Shown here: positions 9,854 through 19,182 of the stretch, in pieces
Layout of the letters: each line of letters starts with the position of its first letter
How positions within the stretch are numbered: position 1 is the first letter of the stretch
Source of the DNA: Acutalibacteraceae bacterium
GTDB taxonomy: Bacteria; Bacillota; Clostridia; Oscillospirales; Acutalibacteraceae
NCBI GenBank assembly: GCA_045651285.1
Contig: JAZRSC010000014.1
Location: 26,783-90,782, forward strand
Direction of reading: 5' to 3'
DNA: 64,000 nt
Translations under genes and position numbers: made by a program
Notes under the pieces: generated by a model
The model's database searches: none
What the model was told of the DNA's origin: nothing
What the model saw: the letters and a program-made list of their open reading frames with translations, nothing else

Positions 9854-12800
9854 TTATTCTTCGCTTGGTTTTGTTGTTTCTGGTTCTGTTTCTTCAGGTT
9901 CTGTTTCTTCAGGCTCTGTTGCTTCAGGCTCTGTTTCCTCAACAGGTGGAGTTACTGTTCTTTCGTAATGCTCTTTTGCAGTATTAACAACTGCAGAATA
10001 GTCTCCATCTGTAATATCTTTGTTTTCGTCATAGTCAGCAGCAACCAAATATTCTTTTTCGAGAGAAATATTTTCAGTTGCGTCGAGTTGAACTACCATA
10101 CAGTCAAGAACATCACATACACCATCACCATTGACATCACCACGAACAACTACTGTATGTCTGTCAACTATGTTGTCGTTTTCATCATAAACTGTAATAA
10201 CTGAACCTGTACCATAAAGAACAACATCTTCATATACATAACTTGCTTCAGTTGTTATGGTATAATTTTCACTTAATGCAAGAGCTTCTGTTACGCCGTT
10301 TTCGTTATCTTCAACTACTACATAACCATCTACAACACTTGCTTTTTCTTCGTTTACTGTGTAAACATCGTCAATATCGATATAAGTAAATTCATTTGTT
10401 TCAGCATATGCTGCCGCATAACCTGAATTACCATAAATCACAAAATCTTCATATTTTGTATATGTTTTTGTTGGTTCTTCACCTTCGGCACCCTCTGCAA
10501 TTGTAACATCGTAACCAAAGGCATAATCACCTATACTGGTTGTTACGGTATCAGGAATTCTTACATATTTGAGGTTTTCACAACTAATAAATGCTTCTGA
10601 ACCTATCATAGTAACTGTTGATGGAATAATTACTGTTGAGAATGTAGCATCTTTAAATGCATAATTTCTGATAGCTTTTACTGCTGCTCCATTATTTGTT
10701 TTTTCAGGAATGGTTACAACTGAACCGGTACCATTATAACCAATAATTATTGCTGAACCTTCAATTTCATGAAAATCAAATTCTTGTACAGAACATCCTT
10801 CTTTTGTACATACATTATTAACAAAGTTATGTCCTGTTGCCGGAATAGCCTCTTCTTTTATTTTCGCTCCACATACAGTACACTCTGTATATTTTGTGCC
10901 TGTTTCTGTACAAGTTGCGTCTTTTTCTGTTATCCAGTCGCTTTCCGTATGACCTTTAGCCGGAATAACTTCACCAACCTCAACGATTTCGATACAATCA
11001 AGACATAACTTGTCACCGGTGTAACCTTCCTCTGTACAAGTTGCTTCTTTTGCATCAAGAAGTTCATAATTTGCGTGGTTTGTTGCTGGGATTTCTTTTG
11101 TACCCAAATTTTCGCCACAAACTGAACAAATTACTTCTCTTTCACCTGCTTCAAAGCAAGTTGGATGTGTAATAACTTCACCATCTGCTTCTGTATGTGG
11201 TATTTTTTCTACTACTGCAGTAATATCTTCTTTACCACAAACTGTGCATTCACCTGTTTTCACACCTGTTTCTGTACAAGTTGCAGGAGTTGTTACTTCC
11301 CATTCTTCTACTGTGTGTTCAACAACAGGAATCTCTTCACCCTTATCAAGAATTTTCTTACAATCAGGGCAATATAAGTAACCTGTGTGACCTGCTTCTG
11401 CACAAGTCGCATCTTTAGAATTTACTCTGCGTGAATTCGGGTGATTTGTTGCAGGAATTACATCTGTAATATTTTCTTCACAAGCTGTACAAATACCTGC
11501 CTTTTCACCGTCTTCTGTACAAGTTGCTTCTGTTACTGTTTCCCAAGTCTCTACATTGTGACCTGATTTTTCAATTGCTTCACCCTGTGTGAGAACTGTT
11601 TCACAAAGTGGGCAGAAAACATCACCTGTATAACCATCTTCTGTACAAGTTGCTTCTTTTGCATCTTTAAGGTAAGCGCCTGCGTGGTCAAGTGCAGCAA
11701 CTTCTTCTGTTACTGTTTCTCCACATCTTGTACAAATACCGCTTTTTGAACCTTTTTCTGTACAAGTTGGTTTATTTGTTTCTGTTTCCCATTCTTCTAC
11801 GTTATGACCTAATTTGTCGATTTCTTCACCTTTTTCGAGTGTTTCTTCACAATCAGGACAAACCTTATCACCTGTGTAACCACTTTCTTCACAAGTTGAT
11901 TCTTTTACTCCGACAAGTGTAGCATTTTTATGATTAAGCGCAGGAATTGTATCTTTTACTTCATTTTCACAAACAGTACAAATGCCTGTCTTTTCACCTG
12001 CTTCAAGGCAACCCGGTTCTTTAGTTGTATTCCACTCTGTAACAGTATGCGGTAAAACAGGAATTTCTTCGCCGGTTACAACGATTTTTTTACAATCGTT
12101 ACAATATGTATCGCCTGTGTAACCTGCTTTTTCACAAGTTACTTCTTCTTCACCAAGTTTAGTGTGTGTATGTTCGAGTACTGCAAGTTCTTCTGTCACT
12201 TCAGTTTCACAAACTGCACAAACACCTTTTTTTGAACCTTTTTCTATACAAGATGGTTCAAGAACTGTTTCCCATTCTCCTATTGTATGAGCAAGTATTT
12301 CAATTTCTCTTGTTTCAAGTTCTTTTTCGCAAAGAGTACATTTTTTAACTTCTGTACCCGCTTTTTCGCAAGTTGCCTCTTCTTTTACTTCCCATTCGCC
12401 AACTGTATGATTTTCAGGGTCAATCGGAAGTAACTCTAAATCCATTTCCAATTCACAAACTGTACATTTGTAAACTATCTCACCATTGTATTTACAATCT
12501 GATGGTGTTTTAGTACCCTCGTCTTTTGTATGGTCTTTCATTCCGAGATGAAGAATACCTTTTACATTAAGTACATCATTGTTTTCAGCAATTTTTAATT
12601 CTTTTTGTAATGTAAATACATATTTAACATTCTTTAATGCAGAACCTGAGAATGCGCCCTCTGCAATATTTTTAACTGTTTCAGGCATTACATAAGTTTT
12701 GCCATCAAAAGCAGTCGGGAATGCAACAATTGTATCAACATTTACATTATAAATAACTCCATCATCATAAGATTTGAAGTTTTTATTTGCACCGTCAATT

Positions 12801-13714
12801 TTAAATTGAACAAGTTCTTTACAACCTATAAAAGCATTTTTACCAATTGAAGTAACACTTGCAGGAATTGTTACAGATGTAACTTTGCCACAGTTTTTGA
12901 ATGCTTCATCTGCAATTGCAACAACCGGTAATTCAGCAGGAATAAATGTTGCAGTAATATTTACATTACCCTCCGGCATTGTAAATTTATTATCTGCTAC
13001 AGTGATTTTTTCTCCTTTTTCATCTGTTACAGTTAATTCTCTTAAAATATAATCTTCTGCAGGAGTGATTACCAAAGTAACTTCTTCACCTTCAACTGCA
13101 GAGAATTTATCAGTTGCAACTGAACCATTCTGAATTTTATCATCAATTGTGATTGTATATTTTATTTGTTCTTCTATCTTTTCTGTTGTAGATTCTTCTT
13201 CACTTGAAGGTTCTTCTGTTTTCTCTGTTGTAGATTCAACTTCACTTGAAGGTTCTTCTACTTTTTCTGTTGTTGATTCAACTTCGCTTGAAGGTTCTTC
13301 TGTTTTCTCTGTTGTAGATTCTTCTTCGCTTGAAGGCTCTTCTACTTTTTCTGTTGTAGATTCTTCTTCGCTTGAAGGCTCTTCTACTTTTTCTGTTGTT
13401 GATTCAACTTCACTTGAAGGTTCTTCTGTTTTCTCTGTTGTAGATTCTTCAGAAACAATTTCATCCCCCGCAGGTTCTGTTTCACCTTCGTTGTATAACA
13501 CAGGTTCATCAACAGTTTCCGGTCTGTATGTAGCGGGAATAACAATATCTCCTACTGCATCAGTTTTACAACCACTAACTATGTAGCCTGTACCTTCGTC
13601 GTTAAGGGTATAAGTTAAATTTTCAGTATCGTTTGCACCTGCAATCAAAGATGCACTTACAAACACACCAATTACAAGGGTGAGAGCTAATACTACACTC
13701 AATACCTTTTTCAT
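9854..13714 (-). CDS. secreted multidomain surface protein: signal peptide, acidic 14-aa tandem repeats, BspA-type LRR, about 14 His/Cys3 modules, second LRR, dockerin, TEPE tail
   Basis: 1286 aa. N-terminal MKKVLSVVLALTLVIGVFVSASLIAGA signal peptide. Segments such as IPASVTSIGKNAFIGCKELV and IPSTVTMIGSEAFISCENLKYV are LRR_5/BspA-like. GDVNGDGVCDVLD...ADYDENKDITDGD is a two-loop dockerin-type Ca-binding repeat (nt about 9974-10147). Confidence 0.75.
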   Translation of the reverse strand: MKKVLSVVLALTLVIGVFVSASLIAGANDTENLTYTLNDEGTGYIVSGCKTDAVGDIVIPATYRPETVDEPVLYNEGETEPAGDEIVSEESTTEKTEEPSSEVESTTEKVEEPSSEEESTTEKVEEPSSEEESTTEKTEEPSSEVESTTEKVEEPSSEVESTTEKTEEPSSEEESTTEKIEEQIKYTITIDDKIQNGSVATDKFSAVEGEEVTLVITPAEDYILRELTVTDEKGEKITVADNKFTMPEGNVNITATFIPAELPVVAIADEAFKNCGKVTSVTIPASVTSIGKNAFIGCKELVQFKIDGANKNFKSYDDGVIYNVNVDTIVAFPTAFDGKTYVMPETVKNIAEGAFSGSALKNVKYVFTLQKELKIAENNDVLNVKGILHLGMKDHTKDEGTKTPSDCKYNGEIVYKCTVCELEMDLELLPIDPENHTVGEWEVKEEATCEKAGTEVKKCTLCEKELETREIEILAHTIGEWETVLEPSCIEKGSKKGVCAVCETEVTEELAVLEHTHTKLGEEEVTCEKAGYTGDTYCNDCKKIVVTGEEIPVLPHTVTEWNTTKEPGCLEAGEKTGICTVCENEVKDTIPALNHKNATLVGVKESTCEESGYTGDKVCPDCEETLEKGEEIDKLGHNVEEWETETNKPTCTEKGSKSGICTRCGETVTEEVAALDHAGAYLKDAKEATCTEDGYTGDVFCPLCETVLTQGEAIEKSGHNVETWETVTEATCTEDGEKAGICTACEENITDVIPATNHPNSRRVNSKDATCAEAGHTGYLYCPDCKKILDKGEEIPVVEHTVEEWEVTTPATCTETGVKTGECTVCGKEDITAVVEKIPHTEADGEVITHPTCFEAGEREVICSVCGENLGTKEIPATNHANYELLDAKEATCTEEGYTGDKLCLDCIEIVEVGEVIPAKGHTESDWITEKDATCTETGTKYTECTVCGAKIKEEAIPATGHNFVNNVCTKEGCSVQEFDFHEIEGSAIIIGYNGTGSVVTIPEKTNNGAAVKAIRNYAFKDATFSTVIIPSTVTMIGSEAFISCENLKYVRIPDTVTTSIGDYAFGYDVTIAEGAEGEEPTKTYTKYEDFVIYGNSGYAAAYAETNEFTYIDIDDVYTVNEEKASVVDGYVVVEDNENGVTEALALSENYTITTEASYVYEDVVLYGTGSVITVYDENDNIVDRHTVVVRGDVNGDGVCDVLDCMVVQLDATENISLEKEYLVAADYDENKDITDGDYSAVVNTAKEHYERTVTPPVEETEPEATEPEETEPEETEPETTKPSEE
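13169..13444 (-). repeat. in-frame 42-nt tandem repeat, about 6.5 copies (STTEK[TV]EEPSSE[VE]E)
   Basis: Protein residues about 91-182 of the dockerin protein. Also visible as the SSLEGSS[VT]FSVVDS shadow ORF on the plus strand. Confidence 0.9.
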
Positions 13715-13830
13715 AAAATATTCTCCTTAATTTTGAAAATTTTGGAATAATCCAAGTTTTATTTTACCACTTTATGTAAGATATTGCAAGAAAAAATGCA
13801 AATATTTAACAACAAAACCCTCTTATACAA

Positions 13831-13860
13831 TAAAAACTCGCCCGTGTTTCCACGAGCGAG
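13831..13860 (-). terminator. intrinsic terminator after hydA
   Basis: The minus strand reads CTCGCTCGTG-GAAA-CACGGGCGAG followed by TTTTTA. Confidence 0.55.
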
Positions 13861-13866
13861 GTATTC

Positions 13867-15618
13867 TTAATATTTTGCTCTTTCAGTATAACCTGTGTGA
13901 AGAATATCGTGTGCCTTATGGCTACCAGGTTTGCCGAAGAATTCATCGTAAACTGCCTTAACATCAGGATTTTCGTGTGATTTTCTAATTTTAAGGTTTT
14001 TATCGTCATTATAAAGACCTGCTGCACGAGCCGCTCTTACATCTGTAAAGTTCTTAATTGATGCCGGAACGATTGGTTGACCACCACCGTTTACACATCC
14101 ACCAGGGCAAGCCATAACTTCGATGAAGTCATATTTCTTTTCACCTGATTTAACCATATCAAGAACTGTTTTTGCATTTGCAAGACCTGAACAAACTGCA
14201 ACATTGATTTCTGCGCCGTCAAGGTTATAAGTTGCTTCTTTAACACCCTCAACACCACGAACATCTTTAAATGCATCAAAGTCAGGAAGTTCTTTATTTG
14301 TAACAACTTCATAAGCAGTACGAAGAGCTGCTTCCATAACACCACCTGTTGCACCGAAGATTGTACCAGCACCTGAACCAAGTCCGAATGGTGCGTCAAA
14401 TTCTGCATCAGGAATATTGTTGAAGTTGATACCTGCTTTTTTAATCATTCTTGCAAGTTCTCTTACTGTAATTGAAGCATCAATATCAGCGAGACCTTTA
14501 ACTGCTGTGTGGTCAACTCTTTCTGCTTCAAATTTCTTTGCAGTACAAGGCATAACAGATACAACAAAAATATCTTTAGGGTCAATACCCATTTTTTCAG
14601 CATAGTAAGTTTTTGCTACTGAGCCAAACATACCTTGTGGTGATTTACAAGATGAAAGATTAGGAATGAATTCTGGGTAATAGTGTTCGCAGAATTTAAT
14701 CCAACCTGGTGAGCAAGATGTGATTAAAGGAAGATTTTCTTTCTTTTCAAATCTCTCAAGGAATTCTGTTGCCTCTTCCATAATTGTAAGGTCAGCTGTA
14801 AAGTTTGTGTCAAACACTTTATCAAAGCCAAGCATTTTAAGGGCTGCAACCATTTTACCAGTAACAATTGTACCCATTTCTTTACCGAATTCTTCACCAA
14901 GTGCAACACGAACTGCAGGAGCAGTCTGAACAATAACGTGCTTTGCAGGGTCATTGATTGCATCAAATACTTTAGCTGTATCATCTCTTTCAGAAAGAGC
15001 ACCTGTAGGACAAGCTGTGATACATTGACCGCAAGATACACAAGCAACATCATTAAGATTGTATTCAAATGCAGAACCGATGTGTGTATCAAAACCACGA
15101 GCGTTTGCACCGATTACTGAAATGCCCTGAAGTTTATCACAAGCAGCAACACATCTACGGCAAAGAATACATTTTTCGTTATCACGATACATATGAGTTG
15201 CAGAATCGTCAATTGCGTAATTAACGAAAGCACCATCATATTTATTTGCATCTTCAATACCATAATCTTTACAAAGCTGTTGAAGCTCGCAGTTACCACT
15301 TCTTACACAAGAAAGACATTCTTTTTTGTGTGTTGAAAGGATAAGTTCAAGAGTTGTTTTTCTTGATTCAATTACTTTTGGTGTGTTTGTGAAGATTTCC
15401 ATACCCTCATTTACAGGGAATACACAAGATGCAACAAGGCTTCTTGCACCTTTTACTTCAACAACACAAATACGACAAGCACCAATAGCATTTATATCTT
15501 TAAGGTAGCAGAGTGTAGGAATTTCAATACCTGCACTGTGTGCAGCTTCGAGAATTGTACTTCCTGCAGGAACTTGATAGTCGAAGCCATTGATTTTAAT
15601 ATTAACTAAATTTTCCAT
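13867..15618 (-). CDS. hydA: [FeFe]-hydrogenase catalytic subunit (M3-type, HydA/HndD of NuoEF-linked hydrogenases)
   Basis: 583 aa. N-terminal 2Fe-2S (CYLKDINAIGACRIC), His-ligated and 2x[4Fe-4S] motifs. H-domain motifs TSCSPGW (L1 variant, see findings), MPCTAKKFE (L2) and EVMACPGGCVNGGGQP (L3). Confidence 0.85.
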   Translation of the reverse strand: MENLVNIKINGFDYQVPAGSTILEAAHSAGIEIPTLCYLKDINAIGACRICVVEVKGARSLVASCVFPVNEGMEIFTNTPKVIESRKTTLELILSTHKKECLSCVRSGNCELQQLCKDYGIEDANKYDGAFVNYAIDDSATHMYRDNEKCILCRRCVAACDKLQGISVIGANARGFDTHIGSAFEYNLNDVACVSCGQCITACPTGALSERDDTAKVFDAINDPAKHVIVQTAPAVRVALGEEFGKEMGTIVTGKMVAALKMLGFDKVFDTNFTADLTIMEEATEFLERFEKKENLPLITSCSPGWIKFCEHYYPEFIPNLSSCKSPQGMFGSVAKTYYAEKMGIDPKDIFVVSVMPCTAKKFEAERVDHTAVKGLADIDASITVRELARMIKKAGINFNNIPDAEFDAPFGLGSGAGTIFGATGGVMEAALRTAYEVVTNKELPDFDAFKDVRGVEGVKEATYNLDGAEINVAVCSGLANAKTVLDMVKSGEKKYDFIEVMACPGGCVNGGGQPIVPASIKNFTDVRAARAAGLYNDDKNLKIRKSHENPDVKAVYDEFFGKPGSHKAHDILHTGYTERAKY

Positions 15619-15631
15619 TATCAGTTCCTCC

Positions 15632-17437
15632 TTATTTATTTATAGCCTTTGGCTTACAGTTACCAATGCAAACACCACATTTAACGCACTTTTCAGTGTC
15701 GATTGTGAATGATGCGAGTTTGTGACCTGGAGCGATATAATCTGTTCTTGTAATTGCTTCAACTGGGCAGTTTTTAGCACAGATACCGCAACCGATACAT
15801 TTTTCTTTATCAATTGAGAATGAAACGAGGTCTTTACAAACACCTGCTGGACACTTCTTGTCAACGACATGAGCAATATACTCATCTTTAAAGCGTTGAT
15901 ATGTAGAAAGAACAGGGTTTGGAGCAGTCTGACCAAGACCACAGAGTGAGTTTTCTTTGATGTAGTTACAAAGTTTTTCCATTCTGTCGAGATCTTCCAT
16001 AGTACCCTTACCACTTGTGATTTTTTCAAGAATTTCAAGAAGTCTTCTAGTACCAACACGACAAGGTGTACATTTACCGCAAGATTCATCAACTGTAAAT
16101 TCAAGGAAGAATTTTGCAATATCAACCATACAGTCGTCTTCATCCATAACGATAAGACCACCTGAACCCATCATTGCACCTTTTGCAACAAGGTTATCAT
16201 AGTCAATTTCAATATCAAGTAAATCTGCAGGGAGACATCCGCCTGAAGGACCACCAGTCTGTGCAGCCTTGAATTTTTTTCCATTTGGAATACCGCCACC
16301 GATATCTTCAACAATTTCACGGAGTGTAGTACCCATAGGAACTTCAACAAGACCTGTGTTGTTGATTTTACCGCCTAATGCGAAAACTTTAGTACCCTTA
16401 CTGGTTTCTGTACCCATTGAGTTAAAGAATTCTGCACCATTGAGAATGATTTGTGGAATATTAGCAAATGTTTCAACATTGTTTTCAGTTGTTGGTTTGC
16501 CGAAAAGACCTTTAACTGCCGGATATGGTGGACGAGGACGAGGTTCACCACGATTACCTTCGATAGATGTCATAAGAGCAGTTTCTTCACCGCAAACGAA
16601 TGCACCCGCACCAAGACGGATAAATAAATCAAAGTCAAAACCTGAATTAAAAATGTTTTTACCTAAAAGGCCATACTCACGAGCATCGTCAATTGCTTTC
16701 TGAAGTCTTTCAACTGCAATTGGGTACTCTGCACGAACATAAACATAACCTTCAGTAGCACCTGTTGCGTAACCACAGATTGTCATAGACTCAACAAGAC
16801 ACTGTGGGTCACCCTCAAGAACTGAGCGGTCCATAAATGCACCCGGGTCACCTTCGTCGGCATTACATACAACATATTTCTGGTCTGCCTTGTTAGCAGC
16901 AGTAAAGCTCCATTTTCTACCTGTTGGGAAACCACCGCCACCACGGCCACGAAGACCTGAGTCGATAACTGTCTGAATAACTTCATCAGGAGTCATTTCA
17001 GTAAGAGCCTTTGCAAGTGCACGGTAACCGTCATAAGCAATATACTCTTCAATATCTTCAGGGTTGATAACACCGCAGTTTCTGAGTGCAACTCTGTGTT
17101 GCTTTTTATAGAAATTAGTTTCATTTAAAGGCTTTACTGTTTCTTCTGTTACAGTTTCACTGTAAAGAAGTCTTTTAACAATACGACCTTTAAGAAGATG
17201 TTCTTCAACGATTTCAGGAATATCCTCTTTTTTAACTTCACTGTAGAAGCAACCTTCAGGATAAACAATCATAATTGGGCCTAATGCACAAAGACCGAAG
17301 CAACCAGTTCTTACAACCTGAACTTCTTCTTCGAGACCCTTTGCCTTAATGTTTTCATTAAGTGCATCTATAAGTTCGCCACTGTGGCTTGAAGTACAAC
17401 CTGTACCACCACAAACGAGAACATGGGCACGATACAT
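15632..17437 (-). CDS. hydB: NuoF-like NAD(P)H-binding flavoprotein subunit of the hydrogenase (HydB/HndC)
   Basis: 601 aa. N-terminal thioredoxin-like 2Fe-2S (VCGGTGC...CFGLCALGP). GRGGGGFPTGRKW FMN/NADH site, ESCGKCTPCR, and two C-terminal CxxCxxCxxxCP ferredoxin motifs. Confidence 0.85.
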   Translation of the reverse strand: MYRAHVLVCGGTGCTSSHSGELIDALNENIKAKGLEEEVQVVRTGCFGLCALGPIMIVYPEGCFYSEVKKEDIPEIVEEHLLKGRIVKRLLYSETVTEETVKPLNETNFYKKQHRVALRNCGVINPEDIEEYIAYDGYRALAKALTEMTPDEVIQTVIDSGLRGRGGGGFPTGRKWSFTAANKADQKYVVCNADEGDPGAFMDRSVLEGDPQCLVESMTICGYATGATEGYVYVRAEYPIAVERLQKAIDDAREYGLLGKNIFNSGFDFDLFIRLGAGAFVCGEETALMTSIEGNRGEPRPRPPYPAVKGLFGKPTTENNVETFANIPQIILNGAEFFNSMGTETSKGTKVFALGGKINNTGLVEVPMGTTLREIVEDIGGGIPNGKKFKAAQTGGPSGGCLPADLLDIEIDYDNLVAKGAMMGSGGLIVMDEDDCMVDIAKFFLEFTVDESCGKCTPCRVGTRRLLEILEKITSGKGTMEDLDRMEKLCNYIKENSLCGLGQTAPNPVLSTYQRFKDEYIAHVVDKKCPAGVCKDLVSFSIDKEKCIGCGICAKNCPVEAITRTDYIAPGHKLASFTIDTEKCVKCGVCIGNCKPKAINK

Positions 17438-17454
17438 AATTACCTCTCTCCTTC

Positions 17455-17838
17455 TTATTTTGTTATAGCGCCTACTGTATATTCAACAACAGGCTTACCA
17501 TTTACGAGATGCTCAGTTACAACCTTCTGTGCTTTTTCAGCAGTCATCTGAACATAAGTAACTTTTTCTTTACCTGGTTCAAAAATTTCAACAATTGGTT
17601 CATATTGGCACATACCAATACAACCTGTCTGTGTAACAGAAACATGTTGAACATTTCTTTTTGCAACTTCATCAACAAGTGCTTTTAAAACAGGACGAGC
17701 ACCTGCAGCAATACCGCAAGTAGCCATACCAACAACAACTCTGATACCGTCATTACCCTCAGCATCACGAGCTGCAAGTTGTGCCTGTGCTTTTTCTTTT
17801 ATAGCAAGTAACTCTTCAAGAGATTTCATAAAAGTCAT
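17455..17838 (-). CDS. thioredoxin-like [2Fe-2S] ferredoxin (HndB-like)
   Basis: 127 aa with MATCGIAAGA...TGCIGMCQYEP, the four-Cys pattern of HndB/NuoE-fold ferredoxins. Start overlaps the upstream gene. Confidence 0.7.
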   Translation of the reverse strand: MTFMKSLEELLAIKEKAQAQLAARDAEGNDGIRVVVGMATCGIAAGARPVLKALVDEVAKRNVQHVSVTQTGCIGMCQYEPIVEIFEPGKEKVTYVQMTAEKAQKVVTEHLVNGKPVVEYTVGAITK

Positions 17839-18386
17839 CCTTTCATATTTGTTAACTCATTAGTCTGTTCATTGATATATTGTTCAATCCAACTCATAAC
17901 TGATGGCTCTGAAAGAGGAACACCATCAAGAATTTTTTTAATCTCTACCGTTGAGAAGATGAATTCTTTATCATCTAACACGCGTTTATATAAAAATTCT
18001 TTATCACTATTCATTGAAACTATTGTCACAATAGTAGCTGCTATATCGCCCAATGGTGTAAAATCAACACTATCTGTTTTATAAAGAGCATTGATTTTTG
18101 TACCCACACCTTTCTGGGACTCAATAGTAAACTTACCACCCGTCTGCTCACAAGACATTTTAAAAAGTGGAATTCCCATACCAACCTTTCGGGTTGTTCT
18201 TGTTGTAAAGAATGGGTCTATAACACTTTTAACCTGTTCTTCTGTCATTCCACATCCGTTATCATAAATTCCAATTAAAAGAGTATTATCTTTCGTATTT
18301 TCGTTTACAACAATTTCGGTAAGTAACGCACCGGCAGATATTGAGTTTTGTGCAATATCAAGAATATTAAGCGAGAGTTCTCTCAT
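17835..18386 (-). CDS. stand-alone GHKL (histidine-kinase-like) ATPase domain protein embedded in the hydrogenase operon
   Basis: 183 aa. [13 protein letters not shown] (N-box), DNGCGM (G1) and GMGIPL...[8 protein letters not shown]..GVGT (G2). No HisKA or H-box. Its ATG overlaps the NuoE-like stop codon (TAATG). Confidence 0.6.
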   Translation of the reverse strand: [183 protein letters not shown]

Positions 18387-18883
18387 TAGTCCATATATTT
18401 TGCAAGGATACCAGGAATATCGTCTGCAGTAACCTTACCATAAACCTCACCGTTGATTGTGAAAACAGGTGCAAGACCGCAAGCACCAATGCAACGACAT
18501 GCTTCGAGTGAGAATTTACCATCTGCTGAACATTCACCCGCACCAATTCCAAGAACCTCACTAATTTTGTCTAAAATCTGTTGTGAACCTTTAACATAAC
18601 AAGCTGTACCAAGACAAACTGAAATGTCATATTCACCCTTAGGTGAAAGTGAGAACTGTGCATAGAATGTTGCAACACCGTAAACTTTTTCAAGAGGTAC
18701 ATCCATACCTTCAGCAATCATAACCTGAACTTCTCTTGGCAAGTAACCATAAATACCTTGTGCTTCTTGCATTACATGCATAAGCTGACTTTTGTCATCT
18801 TTACATTCAGCAATTACTGCATCAAGTTTTGCTTTTTGCTCAGGAGTACCCTTAAAAGGTATGCTACTGATTTTTTTAAGCAT
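18386..18883 (-). CDS. hydC: NuoE-like [2Fe-2S] subunit of the hydrogenase (HydC/HndA)
   Basis: The 165-aa form starts MLKKISSIPF, with a GGAGGA RBS 7 nt upstream. CLGTACYVKG...CRCIGACGLAPV is the NuoE cluster motif. The extra 55 codons of the track ORF (to 19048) have no RBS and are low-complexity. Confidence 0.8.
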   Translation of the reverse strand: MLKKISSIPFKGTPEQKAKLDAVIAECKDDKSQLMHVMQEAQGIYGYLPREVQVMIAEGMDVPLEKVYGVATFYAQFSLSPKGEYDISVCLGTACYVKGSQQILDKISEVLGIGAGECSADGKFSLEACRCIGACGLAPVFTINGEVYGKVTADDIPGILAKYMD

Positions 18884-19182
18884 TACTAATTCCTCCATTT
18901 CAAAAATAGAAACTATATTAAGCGGCATTTCACCACATACATACCTTATAATTATAGCAATTTTGACTTCAAAAGTCCATAGAAAAAAACGACTTTTTTC
19001 GGCAAATTGATATTTTTTTAACATTTTTCTGTTTTGCATAAAAATCAAAGAAAAAATTTTGTATCTTTAAACGATTTATATATCTTTGGTACTTAAATTT
19101 AGAAACTTTTTACAATAGAAATCCTCCTTGTTTTATGTTATTATATATATAACTATGATTTTACTATAATGGAGAGTTTTAT

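Noticed and set aside
13149-13586. 145-aa plus-strand ORF (SSLEGSS repeats), and similar long antisense ORFs such as 38729-39610, 56636-57250, 16269-16703 and 6253-6696.
   Set aside because: These are shadow ORFs antisense to confidently identified genes. They have repetitive or low-complexity translations, no RBS and no family resemblance.
18884-19048. 55-codon N-terminal extension of the NuoE-like ORF given by the ORF track.
   Set aside because: There is no RBS at 19048, and the extension is low-complexity and AT-rich. A strong GGAGGA RBS precedes the internal ATG at 18883, which gives a typical NuoE length of about 165 aa.
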